Below are positions 47,410 to 57,068 of a stretch of DNA of 64,000 nt, piece by piece. The position numbers and the translations under genes were made by a program. The stretch is from Firmicutes bacterium UBA5435 (GTDB lineage: Bacteria > Bacillota > UBA5435): assembly GCA_002426645.1 (NCBI GenBank), contig DIRN01000045.1, positions 16,983-80,982 on the forward strand, written 5' to 3'. The notes under the pieces are model-generated. The model saw only the letters and a program-made list of their open reading frames with translations, did no database searches and was not told the DNA's origin. Every line of letters begins with the position of its first letter. Positions within the stretch are counted from its first letter, which is position 1.

Positions 47410-47438
47410 ATATTACACCATATCTTTAATGGTGTCAA
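47410..47438 (-). promoter_or_regulatory. Sigma-A promoter (TTGACA-N17-TAATAT) upstream of mtrB
   Basis: Minus strand: -35 at 47433-47438, -10 at 47410-47415, with a TG just 5' of the -10. Confidence 0.55.
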
Positions 47439-47462
47439 GAAGAAAATTATGGTGCTGTATAT

Positions 47463-48740
47463 TTATAAACTCTTTAATTCTCTATATAAATATATGCTTA
47501 GAGATTTAGCACAACTTACTATATTGTCAATGGTTATACATTCATCTGGACCATGTGATACCCCTTCCTCAGCAGGGCTAAAAAGAACTACCGGAATACC
47601 GAGAAGGTTTTGTATATTACCTGCATCAGTCCAAGCCTCGAGAACGAAAGGCTCACTAGGGTGCCCTACCTTTTCGCAAGCCGCAGTAAGTCTTTTTACA
47701 AGAGGAGACTCCTCTTCTATCTCAAAGGGTAAAGCATCCTTCTCCCACATTATCTCAGAAGGATGTGCCCTTAACCAATCATCAGTCGATTCAACATAGC
47801 GCACTTGCTCTTCGAAAGCTTCTCTAATAAGAGAGCCGTTACAACCTTTTCCAGCTTTTAAAGAAGCAGCTGCTTCTTTAGGCGAATAAAATATGTTAAT
47901 CCCCATCACTGCCTGGGAAGGTATAACAGAAGGATGCGCACCAGCATTAAAGATCCCTAAGTTTACCTTGCCTAACCCAGCCTCTTCTCTTTCTTCTTTG
48001 AACTTATCTATAACCTTCTCCTTTATAATAAACGCCTTATCAATTGCATTTATACCGCCACGGGAACTATGTCCTGATCTCCCATGGACTGTAACATATG
48101 CTGTAACCACACCATAGGATGCAATCCCAATGCCGAGACGAGACGCGTCAACTACTATGGCTTCATCAGCCTCTATTCCCCCATACAAACAGCAAGCCAT
48201 GGTTCCAGCCCCTGCACCACTGCACTCTTCATCTGCAACGCTTTCTAAAACAATTCGGCCATTTAGTGGTAATCCTGATCTTACTATAGCCTCTATGCTT
48301 ATCAAAGCTGCAGTCAATCCACCTTTATCATCGCTAGCTCCTCGTCCAAAGATCTTGCCATTAGAGATCCGAGCTTCAAAAGGAGGAAAATTCATATTAG
48401 AGGCACTGACTGTATCCATATGACCATTTAAGATTATGGTCTTGCCTCCCTCACCAAAAGAAAAATCCGCAATAAGGTTAGGTCTTCCCTTAAAATTACG
48501 TCCAACAGGTCCTATTATTCCTACTTTAGCATATATGTCTTCTGGAATATCTATATATCGTATAGATGCACCTAAGGCCTTTGCTTTACGTGCTAAGATC
48601 TCATGACCAGCCAACTCATTTCCTGGCTCTGGATCTCCAGAGTACGGGTTAACAGTATTAACTCTCACCAAATCACAGCAAAGCTTTATTGCATCATCCC
48701 TTAAAGAATCTACAAGGTTGATTAATTTAAACTCACGCAT
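47463..48740 (-). CDS. M20-family metallopeptidase (ArgE/DapE/ACY1-like)
   Basis: 425 aa. GHMDTV, GRGASDDKGG and ADEECSG motifs. Confidence 0.8.
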   Translation of the reverse strand: MREFKLINLVDSLRDDAIKLCCDLVRVNTVNPYSGDPEPGNELAGHEILARKAKALGASIRYIDIPEDIYAKVGIIGPVGRNFKGRPNLIADFSFGEGGKTIILNGHMDTVSASNMNFPPFEARISNGKIFGRGASDDKGGLTAALISIEAIVRSGLPLNGRIVLESVADEECSGAGAGTMACCLYGGIEADEAIVVDASRLGIGIASYGVVTAYVTVHGRSGHSSRGGINAIDKAFIIKEKVIDKFKEEREEAGLGKVNLGIFNAGAHPSVIPSQAVMGINIFYSPKEAAASLKAGKGCNGSLIREAFEEQVRYVESTDDWLRAHPSEIMWEKDALPFEIEEESPLVKRLTAACEKVGHPSEPFVLEAWTDAGNIQNLLGIPVVLFSPAEEGVSHGPDECITIDNIVSCAKSLSIYLYRELKSL

Positions 48741-48746
48741 AAAAAA

Positions 48747-49544
48747 TTATATTCCTTTCTCATAATCTTTTAGTGTCTTTAATTCTCTCGGCAGGTGCAC
48801 TTCATATGGTTCCCAGCCACTCCATTCCCCACTTATATACCCATCATAGGATATTGTCTTAAGTAGTTCTATTGCTAACTTATGATCTATATCTCCAGTA
48901 CCTATGGGAACCAGCTGTAGCTTCCCGTCTTTAGTTGTACCGTCATGTACATGTAAATGGTAAATCCATGGTTTAAGAATATCAAAGGATTCTTGTATGG
49001 TTTTCCCGGCTACGCGCACAGGGTGCATGATATCCCAGTTTATTCCTATAAAAGCACGGTTTACTCGTCTTATTACAGTTGCTACATCTTGAGGATCACA
49101 CCAATCATCATGAGTCTCAATACATATCTTTACTCCGCGTTCAGCTGCATGGGAAGCAAGGGTAGAAAAACCTTTAACTAATAATTCTACTGCTTCCTCA
49201 CGTTTAACGTTTTCCGGTAACCTTCCACCAAAGACTCGAATACTCGGTGCCCCAACATCACCAGCCAAATCAATGCACTCATGTGTCCTAGCAACCATTT
49301 GCTCATGCTTCTCTGGATCGGCATAATTACATGACGTTGCTAGACAGCATATTGCTATACCACTAGATAGAGCTTTTTCTTTTATTTCGCGACGTTTAGC
49401 ATTACCTATACTTATTTCGATACCATGAGCGTGGTTCGCATCAATGCGAGGTTCAATGCCATCATAACCTATTTTCTTAGCCAATAAGAGCATCCCATCA
49501 AGACTCAATTCCGGTGTGGAAAAACTCATAAACGAATATTTCAT
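48747..49544 (-). CDS. Sugar-phosphate isomerase/epimerase (xylose-isomerase-like TIM barrel)
   Basis: MKYSFMSFSTPELSLDGMLLLAKKIGYDGIEPR..., CIETHDD and HVHD. The start is set at the ATG at 49544. Confidence 0.7.
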   Translation of the reverse strand: MKYSFMSFSTPELSLDGMLLLAKKIGYDGIEPRIDANHAHGIEISIGNAKRREIKEKALSSGIAICCLATSCNYADPEKHEQMVARTHECIDLAGDVGAPSIRVFGGRLPENVKREEAVELLVKGFSTLASHAAERGVKICIETHDDWCDPQDVATVIRRVNRAFIGINWDIMHPVRVAGKTIQESFDILKPWIYHLHVHDGTTKDGKLQLVPIGTGDIDHKLAIELLKTISYDGYISGEWSGWEPYEVHLPRELKTLKDYEKGI

Positions 49545-49603
49545 ATGTATTGGACGCAAAAGTCCAGCCTTATATGGCGAGGAGAAATGCGCCAGCACCT
49601 CCC
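49545..49603 (-). promoter_or_regulatory. Split-RBS leader hairpin, divergent copy 5
   Basis: GGGAGG-ugcu-GGCGCA-...-UGCGUC-caauacau-AUG. Confidence 0.35.
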
Positions 49604-49717
49604 TTATATATCCTTAATGATCATCTTATTCTACAAAGACAAGTAAATCCCTCTAGTAATCTATCAAGAAACTCTGGATACGCGTCTCTTTGCTCATTTC
49701 ATTATATTTTGTGATAA

Positions 49718-49933
49718 TCAGAGTCCCTTTATAAAATTATCAGTAAGAGATCTTTGGATTCCAGCATAATCTTTACATAAACGTTCCATGACACGCGAAG
49801 GCACCCCCTGGGCTATTAAAGCATCTTTAAATGCTTTCTGTGATACCCTCTTACCTATTGACAATTTAGGTACCTCTACGAGCATCAATAAAGTCATAGG
49901 AAATGCCTGAAATAAAAGTTTTAATGTGTCCAT
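49718..49933 (-). CDS. Hypothetical protein
   Basis: 71-aa ORF with no recognised domain. Confidence 0.3.
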   Translation of the reverse strand: MDTLKLLFQAFPMTLLMLVEVPKLSIGKRVSQKAFKDALIAQGVPSRVMERLCKDYAGIQRSLTDNFIKGL

Positions 49934-49985
49934 AAACCTTACCTTATACTCCTTTCATGAGTTAGGGAAGGCTATATAGCCTTCC

Positions 49986-50246
49986 CTAATCTTTCATATA
50001 CTTTATATTTTCGCTCAAATTAGTCAATGTCCTAAGATACTCTGACGTTAATTCCATAGCCTTATCCTCAGGAACTCCCTTTTCCATTAAAGCTTTATAG
50101 AAGTTACCTATGGCAGTCCCAATATCAGTTCCTGCTTGAGCTGAGAAGATGGACTCTCTTATTGCTTTGAAAACCTTGGGTATTTTCTCATATATTACAT
50201 CTAAGAGATCATTTATCTCTTTAACGGGTATTTCGTTCTTCTGCAT
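49986..50246 (-). CDS. Hypothetical protein
   Basis: 86 aa from the ATG at 50246 (purine-rich SD). No recognised domain. Confidence 0.4.
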   Translation of the reverse strand: MQKNEIPVKEINDLLDVIYEKIPKVFKAIRESIFSAQAGTDIGTAIGNFYKALMEKGVPEDKAMELTSEYLRTLTNLSENIKYMKD

Positions 50247-50323
50247 CTTTTCCCTATCCCCCAATATTAGAGTATAAAACCTTCCTCTTTAATATTATAT
50301 GCATAGGTGATACGGGATGTACT

Positions 50324-51145
50324 TTATAGTTCAAAAGATTTATCATACCTGGCCTCTACTATACTCTTCATATTAAGGCCGAAGATCTTAAGTTTATCCT
50401 CTTCAGATATATCTGCCCATATAAGCTGTCCGAATTGGCCTGGTATAGCTACAAAAGGAAGATCTGAGCCGTAAATTATCTTATCTGCTCCAACTTCCAT
50501 TACAAGACGTTCAATATTACCATATATACCTATAGAACTAGCTATGTCTAGATATACATTATTCCGCTCTTTAGCTAGTTCTATATAGTCTTCGCCTCCC
50601 CACGCGCATATACTAGAAGAATGAGCGACTAAAAAAGTTATCTTAGGGTATTGCTCAGCTAAGTTTCTAAGAGTTTTGGCATTATCCCATGTATGACTGA
50701 GTATTGGGAGCTTATTCTCATTGGCATATTCATAGACTGGAGTACACATAGGAGAAGAAACGGAATACCTATGGACCCCAGGATGAAGTTTTATCCCAAA
50801 CATTCCAAACCCTTCAATACAGCGTTTTAATTCAGGAATGACTTCATCTTTGTAACGGGGATTTATACATGTATATCCCAAAAACCTCCCTGGGAAATCC
50901 TTTATAGCCTTTGCTGTTATGTTATTAGCAGGAACCACATCTGGTCCAATACCTACATGAAGAGCTATACATGCTATGTCTATACCATAGCGATCCATCT
51001 CCTCTATCATACCCTTAGCATCATTCCATGGAATAAAGAAGTTATGCCACGCTCCCATATGCGCATGAGCATCTATTACCAAATCAGGGATGGCCATTCC
51101 TCTCCCCGCCAAATCTTGTAAAGTGCCTAATATAGCCATTACCAT
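50324..51145 (-). CDS. Amidohydrolase-2-family metal-dependent hydrolase
   Basis: 273 aa. VIDAHAHMG start of a TIM-barrel hydrolase, then HPG...H...D pattern. Confidence 0.7.
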   Translation of the reverse strand: MVMAILGTLQDLAGRGMAIPDLVIDAHAHMGAWHNFFIPWNDAKGMIEEMDRYGIDIACIALHVGIGPDVVPANNITAKAIKDFPGRFLGYTCINPRYKDEVIPELKRCIEGFGMFGIKLHPGVHRYSVSSPMCTPVYEYANENKLPILSHTWDNAKTLRNLAEQYPKITFLVAHSSSICAWGGEDYIELAKERNNVYLDIASSIGIYGNIERLVMEVGADKIIYGSDLPFVAIPGQFGQLIWADISEEDKLKIFGLNMKSIVEARYDKSFEL

Positions 51146-51918
51146 CTTACCTCCTTCAAAAGCCTTTCAAGATTACCTCCAGCTATCATTCGCTTCTCCT
51201 CCTGACTTATATTAGCATAAACCACCATAGTCACTGCTAAACCTGGAGACTGATGAGGCAACTTTGTACCAAAGATAAGACGCTCTGGACCAAAATTCTT
51301 ACAAATGTATTCCACACCACGATGAACTAGGAATCGTGAGATCTCTACATAGAGGTTATTAAATCTATCTAGCAAAGGGAAAAGCGTTCTACACGTTCTA
51401 TAACCGGGCTGTAGAATAATTACTGGAAGGTTAGGATGATGGTGACAAATACTATATATAGAGTCAGCTGAAAAGTCATCACCGTTAAAAGATAGATTGG
51501 TAAAATCCAGAAATACAGGCACTCGTGCCTCCTCTAACCTATCAAAGAGTCTGCCCATTGACCACTCTTCAAGTGAAAAACGATGGACACTGTCATCTGG
51601 AAAAAGTCGCACTGACCTCACTTTCTTTTCCTTCATAAGACCTATAAACTCTTCTGGTGAAGGCATTTCATCTGAAAAGTGAGGTAGAGCACTCCAGGAA
51701 GGATATAATCTATTATCTCCTTCTATGCCTTCCATAAGAGCCTCATTCCCAACTACAGGATGATATTCTCGACTTTGGGCTGAATAGACCAAGGCCTTTT
51801 CTATCTTATACTTATCCATCTCTCTAATGAGGGCCTGTCGTCCTAGAGGAAACCGCTCAGAATAAGCGCTCCACTTTCCTACCATACAATTAGCATCGAA
51901 GAAAGTTAGTTCTTCCAT
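51139..51918 (-). CDS. Amidohydrolase-2-like protein (paralogous neighbour)
   Basis: MEELTFFDANCMVG... from the ATG at 51918 (SD GGAGAGG). It lacks the HxH seen in its neighbour. Confidence 0.6.
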   Translation of the reverse strand: MEELTFFDANCMVGKWSAYSERFPLGRQALIREMDKYKIEKALVYSAQSREYHPVVGNEALMEGIEGDNRLYPSWSALPHFSDEMPSPEEFIGLMKEKKVRSVRLFPDDSVHRFSLEEWSMGRLFDRLEEARVPVFLDFTNLSFNGDDFSADSIYSICHHHPNLPVIILQPGYRTCRTLFPLLDRFNNLYVEISRFLVHRGVEYICKNFGPERLIFGTKLPHQSPGLAVTMVVYANISQEEKRMIAGGNLERLLKEVRW

Positions 51919-51934
51919 AGACGTCCTCTCCTTT

Positions 51935-52873
51935 TCAACGAACTTTACATATTGCCTCAATCATATCCAGAGGCATGGGTGCACAAAATTCCAGGATCTC
52001 GCCGCTACGAGGATGATGAAACCTTAATAATTCAGCATGTAAAGCCTGCCCAGCTAAACCAAGTTCTCCAGCTCTACCTCCATAGATAGGGTCACCAGCA
52101 ACTGCATGACCAATATGCAACAAGTGGACCCTTATCTGATGGGTTCGTCCTGTTTCTAGCGTAACTCTAATTAAAGAATAGCCTCTAAATATTTCTAAGA
52201 CTTCGAAGTGAGTTATACCTTCCCTACCCCCTTCTTTAACTACAGCCATCTTCTTTCTATTCACTGGATGCCTTCCTATAGGAGCCTTGATAGTACCTCG
52301 CTCAGTCTTTAATCTGCCGTGGATCAAAGCTATGTACCTACGAATCATGCTTCTCTTCTTTATCTGTTCAGTTAGACTAATATAAGCCATGTTAGTCTTT
52401 GCTGCTACTATTACCCCAGATGTATCCTTATCAAGTCTATGAACTATCCCAGGTCTTAATTTATCATTCATATCTGAAAGTGTTTCGCAATGCCAAAGAA
52501 GAGCGTTTACCAATGTTCCAAAGTAATTCCCTGCTGCAGGATGCACTACCATGCCTCTCGGTTTATTTATCACTATAATATCTTCATCTTCATAGATCAC
52601 ATCTAAAGGTATGGGTTCTGCTTCTAAAACCAGTTCTTTGACTTCGAGAAGAATTACTTCTATAAGATCAGTGGGCGATATCCTATAGGAAGGTTTTACT
52701 ACCTTGCCATTGATAGTTACATGACCTTCTTTAATTAAATTTTGTATATAGGTTCTAGAAGGAGCAAGAGCCTTCTCTACGAGGAAAGAATCAAGGCGTT
52801 TACCTTCATCCTTAACATCTGCAGTGAATATAAGGGGCTTCTTTTCATGACCTGCCACTCTCTTATATCTCAA
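51935..52873 (-). CDS. rluD: RluA/RluD-family 23S rRNA pseudouridine synthase
   Basis: S4 domain plus HRLDKDTSGV and GRTHQIRVH motifs. Confidence 0.85.
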   Translation of the reverse strand: MRYKRVAGHEKKPLIFTADVKDEGKRLDSFLVEKALAPSRTYIQNLIKEGHVTINGKVVKPSYRISPTDLIEVILLEVKELVLEAEPIPLDVIYEDEDIIVINKPRGMVVHPAAGNYFGTLVNALLWHCETLSDMNDKLRPGIVHRLDKDTSGVIVAAKTNMAYISLTEQIKKRSMIRRYIALIHGRLKTERGTIKAPIGRHPVNRKKMAVVKEGGREGITHFEVLEIFRGYSLIRVTLETGRTHQIRVHLLHIGHAVAGDPIYGGRAGELGLAGQALHAELLRFHHPRSGEILEFCAPMPLDMIEAICKVR

Positions 52874-53640
52874 AAGCCTACATCCCCCTTTTCACTCTGT
52901 TCTCTCTTGAGCTTATATAAGCGAAGCCCTATATACCCAAAGGATATCATAGATAGAATTACGCTAGCAAACTGGGCTACCTTCATCCAACCAAATAAAA
53001 GTTGACTTTCTCTAAAGAACTCAACGAAAAATCTTGTTATAGAATAGAGGCCTATATAAAGCAAAAAAAGATAACCATCAAAAGGACGACTATTACGTAC
53101 TTTCCAAATAATTAAAAAGAGCAAAAAACTTAGAACAAAGGAATAGAGTTGTGTTGGATGTCTATGTAAATTATCTACGGAGGAGCACGCGAATGCCCAT
53201 GGTGCTTTTGATGGATATCCATAACAACACCCATTTAAGAGGCATCCTATTCTAACTATACTATAACCAAGAGGTATGCAAGGGGTTACAAGATCCGCTA
53301 TCTCCCACAGAGAACGTTTATAAAGCCTACAAAAAAGAATACCACCAAGAAAACCTCCAATAAGTCCTCCGTGAAAGGAGAGTCCGCCCTCCCTGGTATT
53401 AAAGAAAGTCCATAGGGATATATTGCGCGTTCCTATTTCAAGGAATAAATAACCTATTCGAGCTCCTATTAGTGCGCCAATGGATACAACTATGGTAAGG
53501 TCCAATACAGCGTCAATAGATAACTTATATCTCTTCCCTTCCTTCAACGTAAAAAAAAAGCCAACTATAAAAGCTAATGCTAATGTGGTTCCATAGGAAT
53601 ATATAGGGATTCCTTTTATGCAAAATAAAACGGGTCTCAT
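52870..53640 (-). CDS. lgt: Prolipoprotein diacylglyceryl transferase
   Basis: 256 aa. HGGLIGG, GRIGCLLNGCCYG and HPTQLY. Confidence 0.85.
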   Translation of the reverse strand: MRPVLFCIKGIPIYSYGTTLALAFIVGFFFTLKEGKRYKLSIDAVLDLTIVVSIGALIGARIGYLFLEIGTRNISLWTFFNTREGGLSFHGGLIGGFLGGILFCRLYKRSLWEIADLVTPCIPLGYSIVRIGCLLNGCCYGYPSKAPWAFACSSVDNLHRHPTQLYSFVLSFLLFLIIWKVRNSRPFDGYLFLLYIGLYSITRFFVEFFRESQLLFGWMKVAQFASVILSMISFGYIGLRLYKLKREQSEKGDVGF

Positions 53641-54092
53641 TCTTCCTCTTCAACTCCTCTTTCCCACTCGTAAAGGGCTGCGCCTATAAAGATAAGAAGC
53701 GCTCCTGTTACTATAGCTATATCTGCTAGGTTAAAGATAGGCAAGATGCGCATGTCCAGAAAATCAACTACATAGCCCATTCTCACCCTATCTATTAGGT
53801 TGCCTATTGCTCCTCCAATGCCTAATGGAAGCCCTACTCTAACTAAGTTGCTCTTCCTGGTAAAGTCTCGAAGGTATATAACGAAAAAGACGATTATAAG
53901 TAGAGTTATAAGAATTAAAGCTTTAGTATGATCAGGAAAGAGTCCAAAGGCAGACCCCCTATTTTCAACGTATGTTAAATAAAAAAGCCCCTCCACCACA
54001 GGAAGGGAGGCCCCAGGGCTCAGATGCTTTATAATATACAACTTAGTCATTTGATCTAAAGCTACTGTGACTAGACTGAGCAATACCTCCAT
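53637..54092 (-). CDS. lspA: Lipoprotein signal peptidase (signal peptidase II)
   Basis: 151 aa. NRGSAFG, GGAIGNLIDR and FNLADIAI. Confidence 0.85.
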   Translation of the reverse strand: MEVLLSLVTVALDQMTKLYIIKHLSPGASLPVVEGLFYLTYVENRGSAFGLFPDHTKALILITLLIIVFFVIYLRDFTRKSNLVRVGLPLGIGGAIGNLIDRVRMGYVVDFLDMRILPIFNLADIAIVTGALLIFIGAALYEWERGVEEEE

Positions 54093-54119
54093 CTTTTCAC
54101 CTTCTCCGCTTATCCGAAG

Positions 54120-54758
54120 TCACTTCTTATCAGATCTCTCCTGCATATCTTCATCAGTTTTATCTGATAAAACACCTTCTACATCTTCTACAATACCCCT
54201 ATCTTCATCAGATTCTATGTAAGCCTTTCGTGGATCTTTACTTGGTGGCACATCCTGAGGCGTACTAGACGTACCATACCTGGCTACATCCTGCCACGCG
54301 TCTTCACCATCATAGAGAATCTCACTAGTTTCATCTAGATCACTCCTACCAAAAGGGGGAGACAAAACATCCTCTTCTATAGGTCTCCTTGATAGGTCAA
54401 GGTCCTTTTCCTCTTCTTCCTTACAATCAATACATAAGGTTGTATATGGTATAGCTTCAAGGCGCTCATTGTCAATAGCTACTCCACATCGTCCGCAAGT
54501 ACCATATGTTCCCTCATCAATGCTACTTAAAGCATCCTCTATCTTATGAAGGATCGTTCTAGCATTCTCACGCAAAGCCATATCCTTTTGCCTTTCAAAG
54601 ATCTCACTACCCTGTTCAGCAGGATGATTATCATAACTAGAGAGTTCATGAGTTACTTTACTCATAGGTACATTTAAGTTACCCCTCTCTATGTCTTCGA
54701 TATGCTCTAAGAGCCTCTTGCGTTCCTTTTCAAGGGTTTTCTTTAACTCTGTATTCAG
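54120..54758 (-). CDS. TraR/DksA-family C4 zinc-finger protein (YteA-like), probable CTG start
   Basis: CGRCGVAIDNERLEAIPYTTLCIDC. The family-typical N-terminal coiled coil (NTELKKTLEKERKRLLEHIEDIERG) is encoded in frame upstream of the first ATG (54665). The only candidate start is the CTG at 54756-54758, 8 nt after GGAGG. Confidence 0.6.
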   Translation of the reverse strand: MNTELKKTLEKERKRLLEHIEDIERGNLNVPMSKVTHELSSYDNHPAEQGSEIFERQKDMALRENARTILHKIEDALSSIDEGTYGTCGRCGVAIDNERLEAIPYTTLCIDCKEEEEKDLDLSRRPIEEDVLSPPFGRSDLDETSEILYDGEDAWQDVARYGTSSTPQDVPPSKDPRKAYIESDEDRGIVEDVEGVLSDKTDEDMQERSDKK

Positions 54759-54770
54759 CTTTCATCCCTC

Positions 54771-55064
54771 CTAAAGTTGAGCCTGGACAATTCGAGCTAT
54801 TCGAGCGATAAAGTCCCCAATAAGAGGGATATTTAGACTAGCTAGTCTCCCTAGGAGATAAAGGAAAGTAGCTGCCACTACAGTTGCGCCAAGAGCTATA
54901 CCGAATCCCCTGGATATCCCTGCCAGAAGATTTAAAAAGATGAGTCGCTTAGGTCTTTGGAGCAATTCAACGTAAGCACCTATATTCATCCTCTCCAAAT
55001 GCGTAGCAACTCTCTCAAGCTTCTCAGTTAATATCTTAATCTCTCGTTCTCTCGCATCTAACAA
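54771..55064 (-). CDS. Small membrane protein (DUF5665-like)
   Basis: 97 aa with an N-terminal coiled coil and two TM segments. Confidence 0.45.
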   Translation of the reverse strand: MLDAREREIKILTEKLERVATHLERMNIGAYVELLQRPKRLIFLNLLAGISRGFGIALGATVVAATFLYLLGRLASLNIPLIGDFIARIARIVQAQL

Positions 55065-55159
55065 TCCATACTCAACTCCCGATATAATAGGTAAGCTTAT
55101 TGCTTAAGTAGCTTTCCCTATTACAGACTCTCTTATGCCATCTCAGGAGAAGGATGGTT

Positions 55160-55957
55160 CTATGACATTAGCCTCTTTAACTTTATACGAAGTCTTCCTT
55201 TTCTAGTCTCACCGAGCACAGATTCTACGATAACCCGTCCTCGTCCTCTAATAGATATAACATCATTAACTTTAACAAGATACGCAGGATCAGAGACAGT
55301 CTTCCAATTCACCTTTACTCTCTCTGCTTTTATCTCTCGAGCCATCTTAGATCTAGAGGCAGAGAATCCCTCTCCAGCTACAGAATCTAACCGTAAAGAG
55401 GCCACTGTAGATTGGATCTCTTTAACCCTCGTAGGCTCCACATTAAGAGCTTCTATATCTATCTCAGAGATGGAAAGGGGTATTCCTCCTGCTTGTACCG
55501 GGCTATTAGTGAAGAACTTCTTAATCTCCTCAGCCACTATAACTTGGCAACCATCAGCAATTAGGATTATATCCCCTATTTTCTCACGGCGAATTCCAAC
55601 GCCCATTATAGCGCCTAAATAATCGTTATGAGTCAGCTTCCCGCCTTTTCCTATAGGAGTCATCTGTAAAACAGCTAAACTAGGAGCTAATAACTCCCTT
55701 GGATAAAGGTCTGTTGAAATAATAACGCGCTGCCTTTCAGCTTCCTTATAGCCTCCATCCCTTATAAAGCTAATGCCGGGTATCTGTTTTAATATAGCAA
55801 CTGTAATCTCCATCTGAGACGGATTAAGAAAATCAGAAATCTGTGGTTCTGATGTTTCCATAACCATCTCAACTTTGTCCAGTACCCGGGATATAGCTAT
55901 TCTTTCTTCTGCATCTTGTATACTCCCTAATAGCCTTTGTCGTTCGATAATTTTCAT
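55160..55957 (-). CDS. ylmH: YlmH-family S4-domain RNA-binding protein
   Basis: C-terminal S4-like domain (RLDSVAGEGFSASRSKMAREIKAERVKVNWK). The ATG at 55957 forms an ATGA overlap with the yggT stop. Confidence 0.7.
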   Translation of the reverse strand: MKIIERQRLLGSIQDAEERIAISRVLDKVEMVMETSEPQISDFLNPSQMEITVAILKQIPGISFIRDGGYKEAERQRVIISTDLYPRELLAPSLAVLQMTPIGKGGKLTHNDYLGAIMGVGIRREKIGDIILIADGCQVIVAEEIKKFFTNSPVQAGGIPLSISEIDIEALNVEPTRVKEIQSTVASLRLDSVAGEGFSASRSKMAREIKAERVKVNWKTVSDPAYLVKVNDVISIRGRGRVIVESVLGETRKGRLRIKLKRLMS

Positions 55958-56220
55958 AATAATGTCAACAACCTCCAAAGGATTTGAGTTACCACACGTT
56001 CAAGGAGAGACAGGAGGAAAAACGCGACTAAAGGAGAGAAATCTATCATACTCATAGTCGGTAGTACCTGCCTGATAGGCTCCAAGATGGGCTCAGTTGT
56101 TCTATATATAAAGTTGACTATAGGGTGATAAGGATCTAGTCGAATCCAAGAGAGTATAACTCTTAAGATTAACAGTAACTCAACAACCCTAAAGCCAGTA
56201 TTTATAAACTTCATTATCAT
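55954..56220 (-). CDS. ylmG: YggT/YlmG-family membrane protein
   Basis: MIMKFINTGFRVVELLLILRVILSWI... The size and pattern match YggT. Confidence 0.7.
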   Translation of the reverse strand: MIMKFINTGFRVVELLLILRVILSWIRLDPYHPIVNFIYRTTEPILEPIRQVLPTMSMIDFSPLVAFFLLSLLERVVTQILWRLLTLL

Positions 56221-56239
56221 GTACGCCAAGGAGATAAGC

Positions 56240-57052
56240 TCACTCCTTCCCACCTAATTCCTTAGATCTATTTGTGGCTGCTTCTACCGCGTTCATAAGG
56301 ATACCGCGCAGGCCTCCTTTTTCTAGTTCATAGAGACCGCATATAGTCGTTCCCCCTGGGGAAGTGACCATATCCTTTAATTCTCCTGGATGTCTCTGGG
56401 TCTCTAAAACCATTCTGGCTGCACCAGTAAGGGTTTGAGCTGCAAGTAGAGTAGATGTGGCCCTTGGTAGTCCCATCTTTACACCTGCATCAGATAGAGC
56501 CTCAATTATAAGGTAGGCATATGCAGGACCACTTCCGCTCAAACCAGTAACCGCATTCATCAACTTCTCAGGAACCTTCACAACCTTTCCAACAGACGCC
56601 ATAATAGCTTCAGCTATTCTCTCGTCCTCTCCACTTACATATCGCCCGAAACAAATAGCTGATATGCCATCACCAATAAGCGCAGGGGTATTAGGCATAA
56701 CGCGAACAACAGCCACATCTTCATTTAAACGTTCTTCAACCGCAGCTGTGGTTATACCTGGAGCAATTGATATAACTAGTTGAGAGGATGCCACTGTCCA
56801 GCTTATTTCATCTAGAACCTCAAAGATATTCTGTGGTTTTACTGCTAGTATAATTACACGTGCTTCAGCAATTGCCTCAACGTTATTTACTGTAGTCTTT
56901 ACCCCTATATTCTTCTCTATATAGCGTCTTCTTTCCTCTGACACGTCGCTAGCAATTACATCATTATCCTTCACGAGTTCAGATCTAAGGAGCCCGCTGA
57001 TAAGAGCCTCTCCCATCGCTCCAGCCCCAATCATTCCAACCTTTACTCCCAT
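56240..57052 (-). CDS. proC: Pyrroline-5-carboxylate reductase
   Basis: MGVKVGMIGAGAMG (Rossmann) and GSGPAY...SPGGTT. GGAGG lies 8 nt before the ATG at 57052. Confidence 0.85.
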   Translation of the reverse strand: MGVKVGMIGAGAMGEALISGLLRSELVKDNDVIASDVSEERRRYIEKNIGVKTTVNNVEAIAEARVIILAVKPQNIFEVLDEISWTVASSQLVISIAPGITTAAVEERLNEDVAVVRVMPNTPALIGDGISAICFGRYVSGEDERIAEAIMASVGKVVKVPEKLMNAVTGLSGSGPAYAYLIIEALSDAGVKMGLPRATSTLLAAQTLTGAARMVLETQRHPGELKDMVTSPGGTTICGLYELEKGGLRGILMNAVEAATNRSKELGGKE

Positions 57053-57068
57053 TTTATAAACCTCCTGC

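Noticed and set aside
49545-49598. 18-codon N-terminal extension of the TIM-barrel isomerase ORF (GTG at 49598).
   Set aside because: The GTG overlaps the last bases of the GGGAGG box, leaving no spacer. The extension also coincides with the conserved leader hairpin seen at four other genes.
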